IMG/VR virus record: IMGVR_UViG_3300020047_005985 | Span: 44,242-108,241 of that record | Reading direction: 5' to 3' (one strand) | Length of the DNA stretch: 64,000 bases | Origin: a virus | Lineage: Duplodnaviria > Caudoviricetes | Part shown: positions 58,601-64,000 of the stretch, piece after piece | Layout: the number at the start of each line of letters is the position of its first letter | Position numbering within the stretch: the first letter of the stretch is position 1 | Notes under the pieces: generated by a model | What the model saw: only the letters and a program-made list of their open reading frames with translations | The model's database searches: none | Told to the model about the DNA's origin: nothing | Program-made: the position numbers and the translations under genes

Positions 58601-61600
58601 TTCCCAATAAAAGTTTAGAAGAAATATCTAAAATTTATGAACCTAAGATTAGATTATACGAAAAGAAATATTCTAATATAAATGAAAATGATGGTCAAAG
58701 TTACATGACTTTACCAGCATTTAAGAACTTTATGAATAGGATTGGTAAATGGACAGATGGAATGGAAGTTGTTTATCAGATTGAAATGAAGATAGCTGGT
58801 TTAAAATCCAGAGAAGATATTGCTAATATTGAAGTAACTATTAAAGGTCAAACTTTTAAACCTTTTAATATTCATTCTCAGAAAATAGATGATAAGGAGT
58901 ATGATGGTTGGAAAACCAGAATTGTGAATGGAAAAGTAATTAAAATAGATCCTGTTCATACTTTAAAAACTCAATTCGGTGGTTATTCAACTCCTGAAGA
59001 ATATTACGAAGAGTTAAAAGGTGAAGTTCAATACTGGTTTAATTCTGTTTACAAAACATCACAACATTTACTTTTACCATCTGCTATCATAGGTACTAAT
59101 CTTCAACTGATGAACTTTAGTCTATTATCCAATGGTGTTGATATATATCATATGGGTTCAGCAAATAAAGTTGGTGGAGTTGATCCTAAATTAGCAGCTA
59201 AACAGATATTAAATGATAACAATGATTGGCGCAATACTGGCTCTCGTAACGGAGATCTTAAACGAATTGCTGAAAGAGGATTAGATTTTTATGATTTAGA
59301 TGGATATTTTAATCATGATGATTTAACCAACAATTTAGATATTTTAACATATCTTTCAGATTGGGATTATTTAAAAAACCAAGTAGAAATTGGAAATAAA
59401 ACCAAAACCGAAATTAAAGGTTCTACTCAAAGTTTAAAGATTCTTCTTTCTAATCTAATCGTAAATAATTTAGAAAGATTTGAAGGTGCTAAACAACTAG
59501 TTGATTCTTATAAAGAAGTAGTAAGTCAAATGGTTGAAGTCAATCATGATAATTTATTAAAAAGACTTGGTTATAATATAGACTTAGGAGAATTTGACAC
59601 TTTAGATAAATTAAAAGTAGCAATACTTCAATCTAGTCAAATTCAAAATAGTCCTGAAAATATTAAGAATGCAGTAGAGAATTTCTTTGAAGATCCTTCA
59701 CTTGGTATTGAAACTGTACCTATGAAGAATAAAATTGAAAATGTTCTTTTCTCTTTAATTACTAATGGTATTATTAGTTTTGATAGACCTGGTAATTCTT
59801 ATCCTCAAGCAGCTATAACTGGCTATGAAGAATTAGGCTCCAGGAAGTTTAAGTATAAAACTTTTCAAGAAGTAATTTCGGCAAATATAGAAAATGCTGA
59901 AGAAAGACTTAATGATTTGAATGATCCTTTAGCTGAAGATTTGGAAACATCGGGTTTAAGTTTTAAATATTTTGAGGAGATGGAAGTTTCAATAGATTCT
60001 ATTTCTCCTCCAACTAAAACAAGCTCTAGTAAAGAGTTTGATTATTTAAAAGAAGATATAAAAAAAGGTCAGAGTGTCCCTGTTTTACTTAACAATTTGA
60101 ATGAGTTGGTTGAGGGTAGGCATAGATATTATTCTCTTATTGCTGCTGGTGTAAAAACAATTAAGGTATATAAACCAGTAGAAGGAATAACAGAAAATGT
60201 CCAAATATCTAATCAAGACACTCTTAAATTCTACAATCCTAAATTTGATGAAGAAGGAAATGTTACAGAAGTAGAACCTGCTGAAATTATAATGCCGCTT
60301 CCAGATTTCTGGATTAAACCTTTACTTCGCTGGGCTAAAACTTCTAACTTAGCAAAAGCAATAGATTTATTAAATGAGGATATAAAAGTTAGACCTGAAC
60401 TTTATCAATTTAAAGGTTTACGTATTCCTAATCAGCAATTTTCTTCTAACGAGTTTTTGCAAGTTAAGAGATTTAATCTTCCGACTATGCAAAACTATAT
60501 TTTAGTTCCTTCAGAAATAGTTATTAAAGCTGGTTCAGATTTTGACATTGACCAACTTAAATTGTATTGGGCTGCTGATACTCAAAATAAAATATTTAAC
60601 CAGTTATCAGATATTGAACTTTTAGATCAATATGATAATTATACCAAAACTTCTAATGAAGTAGGACTAGATATACTCTCTTTCGAAGAATATAAAAAGA
60701 AATATATTGTTGCAAATAGTCTAGATAGAAAACTTTTAGATTTAGAAAAGCAGCTTCTTTTACATCCTAGAAACTCACATCATTTACTTATGCCTTTAAC
60801 AGATGAAATATTTGTTCAAGATATATATAAGTTTTTAAAAGATGAAGGATTAATTCAAGAACCTTCTCCTAAATTTACAAGTGCAATATTCCCATCAACC
60901 AATGTAAAGAATGCTATTGTATTTGTAAAAGGAAAAGATGGAGTTGGCCCAGTAGCATTAGGTATTACAAACGCTGCTACTAATCAAGCAGATGGATTAA
61001 CTGTTGAACAGTTTTATACAGATATAGAAGGTAATATAGCTTCAACTAAACTTTTATTTAAAGGTTTAGAAGAGAAGTATTCTATGGATAATTATACTGA
61101 TATAACAGGAACAATCATATCAGAGATTCAGTCTCAACTACTTACAACTCAAGTGGATAATGTAAAAAATCCAACTGCTGTATTAATGAATATTAATATG
61201 CAAACTTTAGGTGTAGTAGGATATTTGGTTAGAAGAGGTGTAAGTCCAAAATCTATTGTTTTGTTTTTACAACAACCTTTGGTTATAGAATATTTAAGAT
61301 ATCAAATCTTAAATGAGTCTCAGTTTAATAAAGCTGCTGAAAATGAAATTTCTAAAAAGAAGCTTATTAAAGAGCTACTGAAAGACAAAGGGTATGATAT
61401 TCAAGAATTACCTAGTGCTTTTGAAGATTTTGTTATTTCAGATAAACAAATGTTAGATTCAACTAAAGCTAAAAAGTTTGATAAAGAGCAATTAAAGTTT
61501 TTATCTTATTTTTTAGAAATGCAAAATCAAGCAAGAGCTTTTTCTGATTTTCAACAAACTCAAAATTCAGATACCAAAGGTATTAAAGATAAACAAGCTT

Positions 61601-64000
61601 TAGATGAAACTCAATTAATTAGAGGTAGAGTTGGTTTAGCACAATTAGTAAATTCTTTAGATGTTACAAGACTAGATACTACAGGAGTTATATCTCCATT
61701 CTATCAATTTGGTAGAAAGAGATATTCTATTTACGATAGGTTTTACAAATTATTAGATTCTCATTTTGGAACTTTACTTACAGACTTTAAAAACAGTGCA
61801 GCTATAATAGCTCCTGCTGATTCTAAAGATAGAGTTAGGCAAACTATTGAAAATGATTTTTTATTATTTTTAGTTCATAACTTTGTAACAAGTAAAGGTG
61901 AATTTGATAAGTTGATGAAAGGAGATTCAGTTGCTAAAAGAGTGTTAAAACTGAAAGAACAACTTCCTTCTAATTTAGTTCTGAAAGCATTTTTCTCTAC
62001 ATTGAAAATGTCTATAGATAGAACAACTGGTGAGAATATAGATAACTTACGTTTGTTTGAAAAAGAACTTAATCAATTAGACAATAATGATCTAAGATTA
62101 AGCTTAGAAGAAATAGCTGATACTGACATTGATCTTTATAATGATATTGTAAAGCTTTTGTTCTTTCAAACAGGATTAAATATTAGTCCGTTTAACTATA
62201 GATCTATTGTACCTGTTGGTTTAAATAAGAACAGAAACGAGTTTAACGAATATCAATATTTATATCAAGATATTCTTAAACAAGCTGTTCAAGAAATGGA
62301 TAAACAGATTAAAGATTTTGGGCAAGCTAAGAAAGTATTTAACCAGTTTATTACTTTATTCAGTGCTAACAATCCTCAGTTCTTAAGAAAGAAAACAGAT
62401 GGTTTATTTGGTAATCCAAATTATAAATATACTTTAGCTAAAACTTGGAATAGAGAAAAAGAAGATTGGGATTTAAGGCCAGCCAAAGGTTTGGAATTAC
62501 AAACTCAATTAGGTGATGCTTATCATAAACAATATTTCGTAGAGTTAATTAATCCTAATTTATTTGAAGAAAAACAGGTTGTTGGAAAACAAGTTTTAAA
62601 TAAAGTATTTGAAGAGGATATTCCGTTTACTGAATATGAAGATGTTACTAATGTTAAACCATTAGCTTTATCTTCTGGAAAGGCCGTAAATATTTACTTT
62701 GGTTCTAATGAGAATAAAGAGCTATCTAATCTTGCTAGTAGACCTTTTGTAGATAATGACAAGAGAAAATATTATAGTGTAGAACATGCTTATCAATCTT
62801 GGAAATCAGGATCATTTGATATAGATACTTACAATAGATATAAGTCTGGCGGAGTAAAATTGTCTGGAAATAAAGGAACTAAGACTGAAAATGGTTGGAA
62901 TTTAGATTTAATGAAAAGACTAATTCGTAAATCGTTAGAGCAGAATCCAAAAGTTTTACAACAGTTATTAGATACTGGAAATGCTGAGATTACTCATACT
63001 CAAGAAAAGGGGTTGTGGGGAACTGAGTTTCCTAGAATTATGATGGAGTTGAGAAATGAAATGAAAGTTCCAAGTAAACAAGGAACATTAGCTTTACCAG
63101 AAGGTGAAAAAAGGGAACTTAATGCTGGTGATAAAGTTTTTGTTGTTGGGGAATCTGGCGAATGGTTTATTGTTAAAAATGATTTTAATAGTATTATTGA
63201 TGATAATGGTTATGTTCAAGTTAGCAGAGATTTAACTAGAAGCTCAACCCTTGAAGTTAGCGCTAATGACATTAAAACTTTAGAAGGTAAAAAAAGGGGT
63301 GTTAAATTAAAGATTATCTCTGGTGGGCAATTTGGTGGAGACTTAGGCGGATTGTTAGCAGCTAAAGAGTTAGGGTTAGAAACTGGTGGAACTGCACCTA
63401 AAGGATTTAAAGTTGATTATTCAGATAAAAGATCTATTAGAGGATCTAATCCAGATTTGGCTGGGTTTGGTTTAGTAGAAGATGATTCTGCTGATTATCC
63501 TTCAAGGACTATGAAGAATGTAGATAATTCTGATGGAACTATTGCTTTTATGTGGGGATCAAGTGTAGGTACTTCCAAGACAATTGGTTACGCACAAACT
63601 GGGAAATGGGTAAACAAGATTGATAACTTTAAAGGAAATCCTATTAAACCATATTTAGTAATTACAACTAAAGATGAGTTTGAAGCTTCTGTTCAAATTA
63701 GAAATTTTGTTCAAAAGTATAACATTAATACTTTGAATGTTGCAGGACATAGAGAAACTTCTCAACCAGGAATTGAAGAGTTTGTAAAGAATAGTTTGGT
63801 TCAAGGTTTGAAAGATATTTCTGTTGGCAAGAATGAAAAACCAATTCAAGGTACTTTATTTGAATTAGACCAATCTAATTCTAACTATACTCCATCTTTA
63901 AAAATGTATGAAGGATTTATTAAACTAAATCATTTATACCAAGGAGATGAAATACTTCCATTTATAGGTGAATCTGAATATTACAGATATTTAGTTCCAA
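55681..64000 (+). CDS. Giant virion RNA polymerase / polyvalent protein (partial, >2770 aa)
   Basis: ATG 55681 (ATGA overlap), open to the window end; RIPNQ (60421) and AGSDFDIDQL (60529-60558) catalytic motif; HEAFH zincin motif; ParB-like, NADAR and SLOG domains. Confidence 0.9.
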   Translation, partial: MSKCNYKYKGKLYSQDRLLRELVNELPSRNQQESIDFLVDYLGMSEEEVIVVQKLIDNKSLGRFKSDGKILLSNLADINIAYHEAFHRVWRKYLSTPERLLAINEVKKRKNIGALIESYKKVYPKLSENELIEEILADEFADYTSNKNFKTETLLKSLFDRLVNFLKKIIGLKPNQVQTIYDKILSKSYKGKKLSAQQYLKDADKLIIQEQEFTVEQKNELIDLLTQRFVKAMLYLNGDIDLFLSKNPVKIKELLNDYVVLEVGTDLLDLNEDAFGPIVDALYADTTHVLENNNPMEESVFLDGMIKKLKLLGLEIKENQEDESEGSLEEYENKTREFQASIEFDPKSAMSRKIKFLLTSLMDTSDTGSAFGLPKPLSWTKGFVQIATRMAGIPTSEFMSELAKTNLTYAKDLIDILNKNQVFRNEFISTMALTENKFVTARYKDGDIYFSDANSQTRVKKIVGEWQNNLIKLVEDWDQWKEDLNKLETGKPTNEDILEHFGIIVDPLLEDVQVNLRTILQQAIKYNKGKPTRQDIFKELGIKGYVNELAEKQSKFEDAQDLMVYLNGKKIYLLGLNTQQTTVLNNIRYAQSKFTPEMSIEDKINLIRKYAPFQVSEFNVTKLADGTYQIHNKWLEKILNGDNLQLVIPYNADTKTSDIEVSKLNEPDIMSLHVNGALQGVNFSMKHADRSTFFAYTFGINSPLYSKGQTGTVGDSLSIVEDNIIEQIELEAKFIRDLNNRNLPVQYIGNIKTDSGEIKTSAFAQDVIGKDEFEKVLNGEKVDNQLVKKFVANKFLEFKNDVRMYGLLQEHKGKVVGLNNFLVKQFGNTDSLLASAFANEVSSHIFENRFFSGSVQSFKSGTDLFKRLAPQSSTGKLAVNDDVTNEFIREQLDQTFEVVNPKTGEIEEVNPASKIKPGQEKYFRAVTGAERKNYKSVLLRPAITPSGKPIVSKFTGKQESALFIMYEQQYIKDFPNKSLEEISKIYEPKIRLYEKKYSNINENDGQSYMTLPAFKNFMNRIGKWTDGMEVVYQIEMKIAGLKSREDIANIEVTIKGQTFKPFNIHSQKIDDKEYDGWKTRIVNGKVIKIDPVHTLKTQFGGYSTPEEYYEELKGEVQYWFNSVYKTSQHLLLPSAIIGTNLQLMNFSLLSNGVDIYHMGSANKVGGVDPKLAAKQILNDNNDWRNTGSRNGDLKRIAERGLDFYDLDGYFNHDDLTNNLDILTYLSDWDYLKNQVEIGNKTKTEIKGSTQSLKILLSNLIVNNLERFEGAKQLVDSYKEVVSQMVEVNHDNLLKRLGYNIDLGEFDTLDKLKVAILQSSQIQNSPENIKNAVENFFEDPSLGIETVPMKNKIENVLFSLITNGIISFDRPGNSYPQAAITGYEELGSRKFKYKTFQEVISANIENAEERLNDLNDPLAEDLETSGLSFKYFEEMEVSIDSISPPTKTSSSKEFDYLKEDIKKGQSVPVLLNNLNELVEGRHRYYSLIAAGVKTIKVYKPVEGITENVQISNQDTLKFYNPKFDEEGNVTEVEPAEIIMPLPDFWIKPLLRWAKTSNLAKAIDLLNEDIKVRPELYQFKGLRIPNQQFSSNEFLQVKRFNLPTMQNYILVPSEIVIKAGSDFDIDQLKLYWAADTQNKIFNQLSDIELLDQYDNYTKTSNEVGLDILSFEEYKKKYIVANSLDRKLLDLEKQLLLHPRNSHHLLMPLTDEIFVQDIYKFLKDEGLIQEPSPKFTSAIFPSTNVKNAIVFVKGKDGVGPVALGITNAATNQADGLTVEQFYTDIEGNIASTKLLFKGLEEKYSMDNYTDITGTIISEIQSQLLTTQVDNVKNPTAVLMNINMQTLGVVGYLVRRGVSPKSIVLFLQQPLVIEYLRYQILNESQFNKAAENEISKKKLIKELLKDKGYDIQELPSAFEDFVISDKQMLDSTKAKKFDKEQLKFLSYFLEMQNQARAFSDFQQTQNSDTKGIKDKQALDETQLIRGRVGLAQLVNSLDVTRLDTTGVISPFYQFGRKRYSIYDRFYKLLDSHFGTLLTDFKNSAAIIAPADSKDRVRQTIENDFLLFLVHNFVTSKGEFDKLMKGDSVAKRVLKLKEQLPSNLVLKAFFSTLKMSIDRTTGENIDNLRLFEKELNQLDNNDLRLSLEEIADTDIDLYNDIVKLLFFQTGLNISPFNYRSIVPVGLNKNRNEFNEYQYLYQDILKQAVQEMDKQIKDFGQAKKVFNQFITLFSANNPQFLRKKTDGLFGNPNYKYTLAKTWNREKEDWDLRPAKGLELQTQLGDAYHKQYFVELINPNLFEEKQVVGKQVLNKVFEEDIPFTEYEDVTNVKPLALSSGKAVNIYFGSNENKELSNLASRPFVDNDKRKYYSVEHAYQSWKSGSFDIDTYNRYKSGGVKLSGNKGTKTENGWNLDLMKRLIRKSLEQNPKVLQQLLDTGNAEITHTQEKGLWGTEFPRIMMELRNEMKVPSKQGTLALPEGEKRELNAGDKVFVVGESGEWFIVKNDFNSIIDDNGYVQVSRDLTRSSTLEVSANDIKTLEGKKRGVKLKIISGGQFGGDLGGLLAAKELGLETGGTAPKGFKVDYSDKRSIRGSNPDLAGFGLVEDDSADYPSRTMKNVDNSDGTIAFMWGSSVGTSKTIGYAQTGKWVNKIDNFKGNPIKPYLVITTKDEFEASVQIRNFVQKYNINTLNVAGHRETSQPGIEEFVKNSLVQGLKDISVGKNEKPIQGTLFELDQSNSNYTPSLKMYEGFIKLNHLYQGDEILPFIGESEYYRYLVP

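Overview
About 64 kb of an AT-rich, Crassvirales (crAss-like) bacteriophage genome. The host is probably Bacteroidota, inferred from TAnnTTTG promoters and the absence of obvious SD motifs, and the genetic code is standard. From 1 to ~10.4 kb, minus-strand small genes, probably early, are interspersed with many closed-stem structured non-coding elements and a tRNA cluster. The cluster holds Pro, Lys and Phe tRNAs plus a tRNA whose anticodon loop contains a second complete tRNA-like cloverleaf. A strand switch at ~10.4-10.8 kb carries G-tracts and A-tracts and is followed by a ~430-nt structured leader. The plus-strand block from 11.2 to 64 kb is the crAss-type packaging and structural module. 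It begins with HU-like and GroES-like genes, TerL split in its Walker A motif by a group I intron carrying a LAGLIDADG endonuclease, and a GroEL-like chaperonin. It continues with portal, a free-standing GIY-YIG endonuclease, scaffold, major capsid, ring and auxiliary proteins, tail fibres, holin, a DUF5675 lysin-like protein, muzzle and cargo proteins. It ends in a giant virion RNA polymerase ORF (55681 to beyond the window end, absent from the ORF track) with a DFDID motif plus zincin, ParB-like, NADAR and SLOG domains. The most unusual observation is the tRNA-inside-a-tRNA within a tRNA-punctuated array of structured ncRNAs. All family assignments come from motif recognition by eye; no searches were run.
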